Shown here piece after piece: positions 24,532-36,968 of a DNA stretch of 64,000 bases. Under the pieces are notes generated by a model. The model did no database searches, was not told the DNA's origin, and saw only the letters and a list, made by a program, of their open reading frames with translations. Source of the stretch: Gekko japonicus (lineage: Eukaryota); assembly GCF_001447785.1 (NCBI RefSeq), contig NW_015172035.1:436818-500817 (forward strand), read 5' to 3'. The position numbers and the translations under genes are program-made. How positions within the stretch are numbered: position 1 is the stretch's first letter; each line of letters opens with the position of its first letter.

Positions 24532-25540
24532 GTGTCATCTTAGGGGTGCAGAGAACACCCATGCCCACTTTGTTTCTGTTACCCTTTCCAAAATTCTTAG
24601 CTTCACTTGAAATCCCTCATTTGTTTTGTCCAAGCAGACACTTCTACATCCATCACATTTCATTTGAGGCACTATTTGGTAGCAGCTCTCAATTGCTGGC
24701 AAACTAAACATTTATTTGGCCCCAGTCACACAGAGAATTTGCTATGTGAAGAGCACAAATGTTGGGTGGATTTTCGGGGCGCAATCACACCGCAACATCT
24801 GGGAAGCATAGCGCACCCGTGGCCATCCCGTGGTGTCCCGCTGAAGATGTGGAGTTTAAAAGTACCAAGGAAAGGGCACTAGTATTCGGAAAATGTGCGG
24901 CACAAGCGGGCGTCTGATCGCAGGAGCACTAGTATCCCGTGGCATCCGGCGCCCGTCCACGTCCCGCCGCAAACTGGATGTTTTTCGTAAGCGCGTGCGC
25001 ACAAACACAAAACTGAAAGCAGTGCTGCTTTGCAGACCTGCGCATGCGCACAAATGCGAAACATTCTGCAGAAACAGTCAGTATCCCAAAGTAGGTGTAG
25101 GCAATTCCCAGTGCACATCCTGAAAGCAACATACCAGACTACATTGCTTGGCTGCCCAAGCAACTGAGGCACTGGTGACGCTACTGGGGCCTGAACTGGA
25201 GGAGAGGCAACAGGAGTGGCTTTTGCCTGTCATTGCCTCCCAGACCGGCATAGCCACCAAGTCCAAGGTAGTGCCACTGTGCTTGGATTGTCCAAGTACA
25301 CCCACCCACCCCCATTTTTGTTTGGTAGCACACTAACATTTTTGCAGGTAGATGCTGCTTTTCGGTTTCCCACTTAGGCCAAAAAAGATGTTGTCCCTGT
25401 ACAACAGCATCAGATGTGCAGAAATCAGTCTTTGACTGTATCTCATAGCTGACATTTTGAGTTTGCCTTTGGTAGCTTTTGCCTTGTGAGACATGATGAA
25501 AAGGAAGGTATCTAACAGTGCAATCCTTACACCCTTCCAA

Positions 25541-26340
25541 CAGGATTGTCAACCTCCAAGTGGGGCCTGGAGATCTCCTAGAATTACAACTGATCTCCAG
25601 ACAACAGAGATCACCCCCCCCCCGGAAAAAATGGCTACTTTGGAGGTAGGGTTACCAGGTACCTCCTGACACTAGTGTTCCCTCTAAGCTGAGTTAGTGT
25701 GAGCTAGCTCACAGATTTTTAGCCTCCAGCTCACAGATTTTTTGTCTTAGCTCAGGAAGGATGGCTCCAGAACAAACTCGCTCGCTCACAACTTTAATGC
25801 CAGTAGCTCACAAAGTAGAATTTTTGCTCACAAGACTCCACAGCTTAGAGGGAGCATTGCCTAGCACCCAGTGGGGTATGGGGGAGTCTTACCAGGAGCG
25901 GGAGGAAGGCCCAGGCTACACCGTTGGCAATACAGTGACATCACTTCCAGCATGGCACCAGAAGTGATTTCATCATGTTGCAACATCACGGTGATTCTTT
26001 GATATTTGGGCAAAAACTCTATGGTAAAAGCGGCTTCTATCATAGAGGTTTTGGCCAAATACCAGAGTATTGCTGCAATGTCACCGATGTGATGATATCA
26101 CTTTCGGTGCATGCTGGAAGTGACATCACCATGTTGTGGTGACATAGCCTGAGTTGCTCTCCCTGTCCTGGTAAGTCCCCCCACTAGCAAGCTGATTGGC
26201 GACAGGGCCTGGTGAGGGCGCCTACCCTGCCTTCACTGGGGGGGGGGTTTGGCAACTCTATTTTGAGGGTGGACTCTATGGAATTATGGTCATTCCCCTC
26301 CCCAAACCCAGACTCCACTTCCAAATTTCCAGGTATGTCT
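25541..26340. mobile_element. Three nested hAT MITEs (outer ~25541-26340, middle 25647-26260, inner 25673-25859)
   Basis: Middle: tagggttacca..tggcaactcta, TSD tttggagg/ttttgagg. Inner: tagtgttccctctaag..ttagagggagcattg, TSD cctgacac/cctagcac. Outer resembles 34219-34425 in reverse. Confidence 0.7.
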
Positions 26341-26434
26341 GAAAGAGAAGCTGGACTGAAAGGGTTTACTTACTTTGACTTAGGCCTGCACTGCAAGTTG
26401 TTTTCATTCTTTATTGTTGACTAGAGTGCAAGAT

Positions 26435-27512
26435 ATAATGGTCTTCTGAGTTAAATTTGCCCGTCCACTTTAGTTCACTGATTCTCAAGATGTTGATGTT
26501 CAGTCTTGCCATCTCATTTTTGACCACATTCAACATACCTTGATTCATACATTCCAGGTTCCTTTGCAGAATCGGACTTTCCTTTCACCATCAGACACAT
26601 CCACAACTGAGCATCCTTTCAGCTTTGGCCCAGCTGCTTCATTCTTTCTGGGGTTACTTGTACTTGCCCTCTGCTCTTCCCCAGTAGCATATTGGACACC
26701 TTCTGACCTGAGGGGCTCATCTTCCAGTGTCATATCTTTTGGTCTTTTGTTACTGTCCATGGCAGAAAATGAAGAGGACCTAAAGAGCCTCTTGTTGAGG
26801 GTGAAAGCGGAGAATGCAAAAGCTGGCTTGAAACTCAACATCAAAAAAACTTAGATCATTGCATCCGACCCCATCACTCCTTGGAAAATAGAAGGGGAAG
26901 TCATGGAAGCAGTGTGAGAATTCACATTCCTGGGATCCAAGATCACTGCAGATGGTGACTGCAGCCATGAAATTAAGACACCTGTTCCTTGGGAGGAAAG
27001 CTATGGCAAACCTAGGCAGCATAATAAAGACATCACCCTGCCAACAAAAGTCTGTATGATCCAAGCAATGGTATTCCCAGTAGTAATGTATGGCTGCGAG
27101 AGCTGGACCATAAGGAAGGCCGAGCGCCAAAGAATAGATGCTTTCGAATTATGGTGCTAGAGAAGACTCTTGAGAGTCCCCTGGACTGCAAGGAGATCAA
27201 TCAATCCTAAAAGAAATCAACCCTGCCCTGGAAGGCCAGATACTGAAGCTAAAGCTCAGATACTTTGGCCACCAAATGAGAAGGGAGCACTCACTGGAGA
27301 AGACCCTGATACTGGGAAAGATTGAAGGTCAAAGAAGAAGGGGATGGCAGAGGATACGATGGTTAGACAGTGTTATCGATGCAACAAACATGAGGTTAAG
27401 CAAACTCTGGAGGACGATGGAAGACAGGAGGACCTGGCATGATGTGGTCCATGGAGTTGCAAAGAGTTGGGCTCAACTGTGCGACTGAACAACAAAAACA
27501 GAAAACAACAAA
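26435..27512 (+). mobile_element. RTE-BovB insertion with inverted 5' segment
   Basis: 26435-26762 is BovB 5'/endonuclease start on minus (..FCKGTWNV); 26757-27512 is the RT tail and 3' end on plus with (aac)n tail; 12 bp TSD agagtgcaagat at 26423-26434 and 27513-27524. Confidence 0.88.
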
Positions 27513-27970
27513 AGAGTGCAAGATTCCTATTATAACTTTTGCTTTTCTGAGAGACAAAAATGAGGCGACTACCAAGGACATCAGGAAGTTGAGATATGAT
27601 TCAATAGCAAAAGTTGTATATTTGGAAAACAGGCAGAGATGAATAGGAAGAATGACACAGGAAAGGTGGGCTATTGGATTTGAGGAGAGGAGTGTGTTTT
27701 ATTTATTTTTTTGATTAACTCAATTATTTTCCATTATATACATGTACTCATGTTTTGTAATTAAGTGATTAAACTAATCACAAAGCAAGTTTTTCTCTTC
27801 CTAGAAATGTGGTATAATAGATACAATAGATAAGATACTTGTAGTTCAGTCCTGAATACGAGTTACACCTTCTAAGCCCACTGACTTCCAATTTTTCTGT
27901 GGTCTACACCCCCTGTGTGAGACAGACTTGCAACAGAATGTAGTCAATTTTATATTAATTTAATAAATTC

Positions 27971-28634
27971 TTTTCTCTCATGGATCGCTGCCTTGATGTA
28001 GTAAGGGGACTTGTGTGGTTTGATGCAGCTGTGGCCTATGCTGTAGACTGGCCACAGTGGAGAACTCAGACAAAATGTGATCCAGTGGAAAAGAAAATGA
28101 CAACCCACTCCAGTATCTTTGCTAAGAAAACCCCATGGACAGTAACAAAAGGCTAAAAGATATGATGCCGGAGAGCCCCTCAGGTCGGAAGGTGCCCAAT
28201 ATGCTACTGGGGAAGAGCAGAGGGCAAGTACAAGTAACCCCAGAAAGAGTGAAGTGGCTGGGCCAAAGCTGAAAAGATGCTCAGTTGTGGATGTGTCTGA
28301 TGGTGAAAGGGAACGCCAATACTGCAAAGAACAATAAATCAACCCTGACTGTTCCCTGGATGGCCAGATACTGAAGCTGAAGCTCAAATACTTTGGCCAC
28401 CAAATGAGAAGGGAGCACCCACTGGAGAAGACCCTGATGCTGGAAAAGATTGAAGGTAAAAGAAGAAGGGGACGGCAAAGGATGAGATGGTTAGACAGTG
28501 TTATCAATGCAACGGACATGAAGTTAAGCAAACTCCGGAGGACGATGGAGGACGGGAGGGTCTGGTGTAATGTTGTCCATGGGGTCGCGAAGAGTCGGAC
28601 TCGATTGTCCAACTGAACAATGACAACAACAACA
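27971..28634 (+). mobile_element. Internally deleted (bipartite) RTE-BovB
   Basis: 5' UTR/ORF start joined at ~28336 to the 3' terminal ~300 bp (REHPLEKTLMLEKIEGKRRRGRQRMRWLD); (aac)n tail; TSD aataaattc at 27962-27970 and 28635-28643. Confidence 0.85.
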
Positions 28635-30047
28635 AATAAATTCATTGAGCCCATCAAAAAAAGACAAACTAAGATATGGAAGGCCATATTTTGATTTCAG
28701 CTTTCAAATGTCTCCTGTAACTTTGCCACAATGTTACATTAGTGGGAATATTTAGGGTCAAATGCAGGGGTCCCCTACCATTTTGATCCTGTGGATCAAA
28801 ACCTTTGGAATTTTGCTGCATTGTGGTGACAGCAGCCACAAAATAGTTATGACAAAATGGCTACAAAATAGAGGTGGAGCCACCCACAAAATGGCCAGTA
28901 CTGATTACCTACAGCCACGCACTGAAGATCCTTGTGCTGTGGTGGCAGCTGCTATCAAAGCAACGCAATTAAAAATCTGCACAGCTACTCAAATCCGCAA
29001 TACTCAAGCAGAAGCATTCCGGAGCAAATGCCCCACCTGGCCCTGCCCACCTTCTAAAATCCCTTGGCAGGCACCCCTGGCCTAATGCAAGTCTGCAGAT
29101 TATCAGTGCCATCCCAAACCCAGTTATACCCTTCTATTGTTTGGCTTCCATTCAACAGGGCAAGCACAGAATAGTGGAGGCTGCCTGCACTTAGCTCTTT
29201 AAAAAACTGCCATCCTGTCAAGGATCAGTTGATAAGGGAGAAACATGAGTGGGAGACTGAATCCAAGACATGTCTCTCCTCCTGGACAGCTGATAGGTGA
29301 AGTTTCAGCTTTTTTTTTTTTTTTTAAGGCTATTAGGAACCTATTTCACAGTATTGATTGTGGGAGTTAATGAAATAGTTTTACATCATGGTAGGTAATT
29401 TTTATGCATTAAAATATCAATATGCAGTGTCACTTACAATATCACTGTATGGATCCTTTCATCGCTGGGAACCTTCTAGCTGAAAAATAAACTTCAAAAA
29501 GAATTGATTTGTCAGTTTTCCACTTGGATTCTGTTCTCCACAAACTGTATTTCTAATGAAATTGAAATCAATAAAATGGTTTACTTCTTCATTTGTAGTC
29601 AAGCTTTCAGTACTGTCACAGACTACAAACTTGAGAAGACTCACCAAAGCTTTAATATATATATATATATTAAAAAAACCTGAAAACTCTTGGAACTACA
29701 TGGAGTGAGTTTGTGAAGTCCTTTTCCGTTCATGCTCCTCTTCCATCCTAGGCAATCAAATGTCAAGTGGCAGGTTGCCGTATCAAATTGCTGTGGTGGT
29801 GTGTATGTGTGTGCCATCCCCAACTTAAAGTTTATACTGTGTGGTAGGGGATAATAAGAAAAGAACAAATATTGCTAGTATCAGATTGAGAGTGTCTTGA
29901 GAAATACTGTCAAGCACATGAGGATAAAAGAGTTCATTAAGAGAAAGAATTCATCCAATTCTGTTCACTCATATGAACTGTTTCTGCCTTTTATAAGTGT
30001 CTCTTTGCAGATATGCATTGCATTGGAGCCATGATTTTATTAGTCCT

Positions 30048-30114
30048 TCATTCATTCATTCGTTCGTTCATTCATTCATTCATTCATTCATTCATTCATT
30101 CATTCATTCATTCA
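30048..30114. repeat. (TTCA)n microsatellite
   Basis: Direct observation. Confidence 0.97.
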
Positions 30115-31509
30115 GTGGCTCATGCCCTACGAATGGGTTGTCTTTCATCCAAAAGTAAGTGGCATCAAGAATACCAGAGGAGAAATATAGATACAGCAAG
30201 AACAAGGAGTAATAGAGAATTGCATTTGGACTGTGGAATTAATGATTCAAATCTACCGCTCACTTGTGAAGCTCATTGGTGACAATGGGCCAATAATTAT
30301 TTCTTAGCATAACCTATTTCATAGGACTGTTGAGGATCCAGTTGGATAACCTTGCTGCCTTGAGCTTCTTAGAGGAAAGCAGAGATAGAAAGTATGCATA
30401 GATGGATCGGTCTTTTGCAGCTTGTGACTTGCCAAGCAGAACACAGTCAACCAACTAGATATAGCAACCCTCTAGATGCTCAGATAGGTCTCCTGAGCTT
30501 GGGGCTGCAAAAACAGGTGGCTGTCAAAAATCTGTCAGGCGAGGGCATGTAGCTACTATGTGGCATTTGGCTTGGTAGATCTCAAGTAGTACTGCAATAA
30601 AACATTTTATGTGAATTCAAAGTTAAAGGTGAATTCTCAGCACAGATTTAGACTGTCATCTAATTGCCATTCCAGAATAAACAGAGACTCATAAAATGTC
30701 CTGCCAAATACTGGGAAATGCAATGATAAGTATATCTTATATGCCCTGGAAACTGTATTACCTAAGGCCCCTGGTAATGCTGCCATTTCAGTGTTCCAGA
30801 TACCAAAGCAAATAGAGGCCACACGTATAAGCTTCCCCTATTTTTGAAACTAACATTCTTATTTGTAGAAAGTTGTATGGGCATTTAAAATGTAAGCCAC
30901 TGAGGGCTCTGACCTGCCTTTTATTAATGTAAAATGGCACATGCACTCATGGTGTAGATAGATCAGTCGTCTCAAATGTGGCACCCATTGCCACCATGGT
31001 ACCCATTGGAGTATTTTCCCAAATCACCTCTTCCTCAAAGCTTTACTATAATGAATCCATTCTTATAGCCCAGTGGGTTTGAATGGCTCACACTGATAGG
31101 CCAGATAAATCAAAATCAACTAAATATCAACTCTCCTATTTTTGTTAAATAACAATATATTAACATTGCTATATTGTGTATAAAAGGGGAGATCCAGCAC
31201 CATCTCATTGAAATGAACAGGGCACATTCAAATAAACAATGTTCTAGAATGCCAGTCTTTCCTGTTGCACAGTTGCAAAGCTTGTCTGAGAAGGGAATCT
31301 TCCCTTGATGGCCTATAATTTCTTCCAAAGGGACAGCATTCAGTCGAACCAACATAAATAGTCTCCTACATTTGAGTATTATCAAAAAATCAAAACATAA
31401 TGGCAAGGAGTCTGACAGGGAAAGACCCAAATATAATGTAGATCATACTCTACAGGATCTCCTACTGGTACTTAGGAAATCCAATCCGTACAGGCTCCCT
31501 ATGATGAGA

Positions 31510-31510
<1 letters not shown>

Positions 31511-31559
<49 letters not shown>

Positions 31560-31583
31560 ATAATAATAATAATAATAATAATA
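31511..31583. repeat. Compound (TAC)n(TAA)n microsatellite
   Basis: Direct observation; source of the poly-Tyr ORF. Confidence 0.97.
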
Positions 31584-31834
31584 AAACAAAAGAAGCAGTC
31601 CTGGCTTTTCTCCACCTTAGCAGAAGAGGAGGTACTTTGGCAGATCCCAGAAGGCCTTTGAGGCTTCAGGGAGTGCCTATCAGGAAATCATAGCCCCCAT
31701 CATAGGAAAATGCTTGGTTTGGAATGTCCTGACATTATGTAAGTACACTTCCTATGATGTTATGTTGTGATGGGCCTTGCCTCCCATGAAATCCATTTTG
31801 TGATGGTCTTTCTCCAAATTCTGAATGTATTTAT

Positions 31835-32102
31835 ATTGGTCGTCAAAGGCTTTCACGGCCAGAGTTCATTAGTTGCTGTAGATTTTCCAGGTTGTGTGGC
31901 CATGGTCTTGGCATTGTAGAACCTGATGTTTTGCCAGTAGCTGTGACTGGCATCCTCAGAGGTATAACACAGAAAGATGGAGTACTCTTTGTGTCAAGGT
32001 CTTGTTATACCTCTAAGCATGCCAGTCACAGCTACTGGTGGAATGTCAGGTTCTACAATGCCCAGACCAAGGTCACACAACTCAGAAAATCTACAGTAAC
32101 TA
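31835..32102. mobile_element. Inverted pair of Penelope-like terminal repeats (palindrome)
   Basis: Arms 31870-31969 and 32003-32102 are reverse complements; each carries a hammerhead-like ctgNNga-tgccagt..actggc-Naaac core; left extension ggccgtgaaagcctttgac on minus. Confidence 0.75.
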
Positions 32103-33189
32103 TTTACATTGGCTTAATATGATTGGGGACTCCTAAACCGCAGCTGCCAGCACAGCTGCCAGCACAGCATATTCCTAGTGGGGGGAAAACCCTTATTTGG
32201 AAATGTCTATATTCTGGCTCTGCCTTGAAACCGTGGAAAATCTGGATTAATTTTGACCTTGAACCTCTATGGAGTTGCCACCTGGCTTCAACTTTGGTAT
32301 AGCTTTGTATGCTCTAGTCTTCATTCTCCGTCTATGGTGAAATTGCAGTGAAGATCTGCTTGAGCAAGTTAAAGGAAAAACTCTCTCTTGTGTATGAACA
32401 GCACTCGTCGCCTTCCACGGGCTTTTCAGAAACTTGATTTTTAATGCTGTTTATTGATGTAGCTGCGTAATCTCCTTTGGAAAGGATTTATGCAATGCCT
32501 CATCAAAAATTCACAGCCAAGTACACCATCAGCTTGACATCCTTTTGACGGCGGTAGGAGCCCATGTATCTTGAATTGCCATGAATAATTTGCAATGCTA
32601 TACACACCAAACGTCTTGCAGGAAGATGAGGTTGTGTCACTGATTTTGATGAAAAGAAATCTCTGTTTTATGTGTTCTGCTCCTGATGCTGGCTTTGTCC
32701 TAAGAATTACACTCATTCATTTATATTTAAACACTATTCATTCGTTATCTCTAAGAGGCATTTATGACATGCACATAATCAAGCAGAGGCTTATGCTGGT
32801 ACAGAGACTGCCTCTATGGGCAAACGTAGCATTCAAGTCAATCCATGCTTTATCTTCATCTGTCTGCATGGCTAAGGATATGTTCTGGACCAAGCAGTAG
32901 GATAACTAAATGTAATAGCATATTATCTGGCACATCTGGTACACTGGCCTTCAACCAGTAGGTAGGCTGTCATTTTTGACCGCCATTATTCTCCTTTTTA
33001 TCGTAGGTTTCTGTCAAAAGCCAGGAACCCATTTTTAAAAAGGTTTCTTCTGTTATAGTATTAAAGCCAATGCCTGGTTTTGCAGACCCCAGATGAAATG
33101 GTAACTATGTATCCAGGCTATACCACAGGTTAGGGTTCATATGAAAGGTATTTATTTAAAACATTATCTCAGGCCCAAGGCAATATATG

Positions 33190-33790
33190 AACTGAGCCAT
33201 CCTTCTGAAAATGGAGGTGACATTGCAATGAGCTCTATACGGGGCTGCACTTGAAGATAACTTGGAAGCTGCAGATGGTACAAAAATAAGGTGGTACAAA
33301 AATAAGGTGGCTCACCTGTTGGTTAGGACTCAGAGGTGAGATCATTATACCCATTCTCACCTAGCTACACTAGTCACCCATTTGCTTTGGGTCCAATACA
33401 AAATGCTGATTTTGACTCTTAAATAGGGCTGCCAAGTGGGGGTGGGTGGCGGAATTGGGCCCCGGGGGGAACTCCGTCCCCCGAAGCGCAGCGTGGCTGC
33501 ATCACTGGAGGTGATGCAAACACATCGATCACGTTGGGGGCATGGCCCCGATCATCGGAGGGAAAACTCTATGGTTTTCCCTCCGACAATCATTGCCACG
33601 CCCCCAACGTGATTGGCGTCGCGCATCTGAGGAGAGCTCCCGGAGCCCAGCGACGCTCCCCCACCGGTAAGGAGATTCGACTTGGCAACCCTACTCTTAA
33701 AGTCCTATATAACTTGAGGCCTGCCTGTTTGAAGGACCACTTCTCGTACTATGAACCTGTACACAGTCCCAGAGTCTCCTCCTATTGGAT
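33190..33790 (+). mobile_element. Old L2 LINE ORF2 3' fragment
   Basis: Degenerate translation resembling KLQMVQ..VQYKMLILTLKVLYNLRPACLKDH, typical of the L2 RT tail; interrupted by a hAT MITE. Confidence 0.65.
33424..33693. mobile_element. Young hAT MITE
   Basis: TIRs tagggctgccaag / cttggcaacccta; exact 8 bp TSD ctcttaaa at 33416-33423 and 33694-33701; CpG-rich. Confidence 0.9.
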
Positions 33791-33807
33791 TTGATCAACA
33801 AGTAGTC

Positions 33808-33990
33808 AGAGTGTCAGATGTGAATTCTGGGGACATGGGCTCAAATTCCCACTTGCCATAAAACATACGGAGTGACCTTGGGCCAGTCATTTTCATTAAG
33901 CCTAATCTACCTCACAATGTTGTTGTAAGGACAAAGTGGAAGGGGAAGACACAAATTTCCCACTCTGAACTTCTGGAAGGGACTGTGGGA
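33808..33990 (+). mobile_element. Old CORE/MIR-like SINE
   Basis: gtgaccttgggccagtca...agcctaatctacctcacaatgttgttgtaagga; a similar fragment lies at ~30230-30370. Confidence 0.55.
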
Positions 33991-34218
33991 ACAATGCACT
34001 AAATAAATGATTGAGTACACCTTCAAGTTCCAAGCTCACAAAATGGTAACGTGCAGGGGAGAAAATAAGGCTCAAACATATCTTCCTAACATCTAGTTTT
34101 CTCTATTTATGGACTGCTGTCTTTATATAGAGATGTGTGTGTGTGTGTTTACATATATACTGGCCATCCCTCGCCAGTAGTCAGGAGAGACCTGGCATCG
34201 ATGCCAGGTCTCGCCTGG

Positions 34219-34425
34219 CTACTGGCAAGGGATGGGGCTAGGGTTCCCAGATCATGGTTGGGAATCTCCTGGAGATTTGGAGATGGAGCCTGGGGAGGAC
34301 AGGGACCTGGCATAGAGTCCATCCTCCAAATCATCCATGTTCTCCAGGGGAAGTGATCTTTATAGTCTGGAGTTGAGCTGTAAGTCTGGGGATTCCTCAG
34401 GTCCCACCTGGAGGCTGGCATACCT
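34219..34425. mobile_element. hAT-type MITE (TAGGGTTGCCA family)
   Basis: tagggttccca ... tggcataccta; homologous to 38059-38230 and 53260-53400; TSD not preserved. Confidence 0.65.
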
Positions 34426-35245
34426 AGTGACTAGGATTGCCAGGTTTTCTGAGGCTGAGGTCTTGGGGTGAAAACTGGGAGCTTTAAGGTAGGCAGAATG
34501 GGAAAGAGATAGAGCCTAATATCACATGATGTTTCAAAAATCAGACTAGGTAGGTATTTTCTTTAATTTAGGTACATATATATGTGTGTATGTGTGTAGA
34601 TATATATACACAGAGAGAGAGGGCGGGGATGCCCCTTCTCCACTCCACTCACACAGAGTGTCCACCAATCTCTTTAATATCTTGCTTAAGTTATGGGTTA
34701 TACGTAGGTCAGGACATCACAAACTACCCTCCTTGTCTGTTTGAAAATATACAGAGAGCCATTTCACATCTCGGGTCCTCTCTTTTATTCCTAGAAGCAT
34801 CCACAGACAGGGTAGCCCAGTCCCCTTTAATAAAAGGCCCTCACTCACATAGAGCTATTGGGGTTGGGACTCACACACTGTTCTAATATTACATTGTGTA
34901 TGTGTGTGCTTCTTTCCCTTAGACCTGCAGCCCACTGAGTTAATCAACACAAGTAAATGTTTATTTATGGTATGATCTTTTGAGGGAAGTAAGGTATAAG
35001 CAACAATGTTTCACTTACATTGAACTTATTCCTCCAACTGGGATCTTTGAGTTACTGTTTTCAGCCTGCTCTAAGCAGCTCTTCTGCACAGTTCTACTCT
35101 GTCAGACATCCTCATTTTCCTCCTCAGTCCCTAAGCTGTCAACTCCTCTGCTATTAACACCAAACTGTAATTTTTTTTTCCAAAGGCTTTTTGCAAGTTT
35201 CCATCTCTCAACCTTTTGTTGGCTTTCACTGGTTGCTCTTAGATA

Positions 35246-35490
35246 AGCATATGGAGCAGAGGTCCATCAGTGGCTATTAGCCACAAGGTATAGATAGGGG
35301 CTCTGGGGCAAGTGATGCTCTGTCTTCTTGGTGCTTGGGGGGGGGGTCAACAGTGGGAGGGCTTCTAATGTCCTGGCCCCACTGGTGGACCTCCTGATGG
35401 CACTGGTATTTCTGGCCACTGTGTGACACAGAGTGTTGGACTGGATGGGCCTTTGGCCTGATCCAAAATTGGCATCTCTTATGTTCTTAT
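35246..35490 (+). mobile_element. CR1-type LINE 3' end
   Basis: gttggactggatgggcc..tgatcc stem and cttatgttcttatg tail; homologous to 49467-49678 on minus. Confidence 0.75.
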
Positions 35491-35577
35491 GAGAGAGATG
35501 GAACCTAGCCCGTACATCACAATAGGAATATGAATATTATTATTATTATTGCAATCATAGTTGAATACTACCTGTAT

Positions 35578-35795
35578 GCCCTGACCTGGATAGCCCAGGC
35601 AAGTTTGATCTCATCCAGTTCTTGCAAGCTAAGCTGGGTCAGCCCTGGCTAGTGTTTGGATGGGAGCCCACCAAGGAAAATCAGGGTCATGATGACAAGG
35701 AGGCAGGCAATGGCAAACCCACTCTGAATGTCCCTTGCCTCGAAAACCCTATGGGGTCACCCAAATTCAGCTGTGACTTGTCCACCACCACCACC
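35578..35795 (+). mobile_element. 5S-Sauria-type SINE
   Basis: 5S-like gatctcat..aagctaagctgggtcagccctggctagtgtttggatgggag, followed by BovB-like ggcaatggcaaaccc..gaaaaccctatggggtcac. Confidence 0.8.
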
Positions 35796-36646
35796 ACTTG
35801 CATTTATTTTGTATATATTTGTGTGTACTTTGAATATATTCATAAATGAAATAAAAATTTAAAAATCAGGGACATTTAATGACGGTTGCCAGCTTTTGTA
35901 CGTATTTTGCATTTAATTTGTCTTCCTTCATGCCACATGACGGTTGCCAGCTTTTGTACGTATTTTCAAAAATGTGTTTTTAATGCCTGCTTGATGGCTG
36001 CCATTCAATCATCCATTCTGAGTTAAGAAAAAGACCTTGAGACTGGGAGAACAGGCAAAGAAAAGGTCTGGTTTAGTACTCAGCGATGGGGTGAAGGCTT
36101 GAAAAAGCTCACTCCCTGGATCTAGGATCGCACTCTGTGGTTGACCTGCTGGCTCCAAGAACAATACCCAGAACAGACCCTAAGACCTGGCAACCCAATA
36201 AACCACAGTAAAGGCCTTTGCTAGGAGGTGTTTGAAAAGATGATCAGCAGGGGTTTCTTACAAAACTTTCCAAAGCAGGAGCCTCTGTGAAACAAGGAAG
36301 AGCTGCAACATTTTAACTGCATTGATGGAGTGTGGGGAAATATCTCAATTCAGAGTGGGGGGAAATGAGGATAAAGTGCCCTGTTTTGTGGGACTAGATG
36401 AAAGAAAGAGCCAGGACCACTTTACCAAATGAAACATACATCTTCCGTTCAGTTCTTCGATCCCTCCCAGAGGCCCTTCGTAAGACAAAGCAATTAAATC
36501 CGGTAACTTCCATGTTAAACCAGCCATCACTTTTTCTTCTTTTTTCTTTAAGAACCAAACTACTATGATGTTAGGATTTCGGCAGAAATATTTCTGGATA
36601 CTGAAGAACACAAGATTTTGATTACTTAATTTTGAGAACAGCATTT

Positions 36647-36890
36647 AGAAGAAGAGTTGTTCTTTATACTGTTTTTTTCTCTACCCTAAGGAGTCTCAAA
36701 GCAGCTTATAATCATCTTCCCTTCCTCTCCCTGCAACAGGCACCTTGTGAGGTAGGTGGGGCTGAGAGAATTAGAACATTGTGACTGGCCCAAGGACACC
36801 GAACAGCCTTTATGTCAAGGAGTGGGGGATCAAACCCAGTTCTCCAGATTAGAGTCCACTGCTTTTTAACCACTACACCATGCCGGCTCT
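36647..36890 (-). mobile_element. Squam3 SINE
   Basis: Same head, CORE and tail as the other Squam3 copies (shorter variant). Confidence 0.85.
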
Positions 36891-36968
36891 CAGACATTGA
36901 TTTCAGCATGTAAAGCAACAATGAACCTACATCACATATTTTTATATACCTCTCTTAATCATTACACC

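Noticed and set aside
27950-28687. 245 aa hydrophobic minus-strand ORF
   Set aside because: Antisense frame of the bipartite BovB; similar peptides arise from other BovB copies.
31372-31560. Poly-tyrosine ORF
   Set aside because: Translation of the (TAC)n microsatellite.
35879-35966. 30 bp direct repeat with 28 bp spacer, superficially CRISPR-like
   Set aside because: Only two units, vertebrate context, no cas genes; a local duplication.
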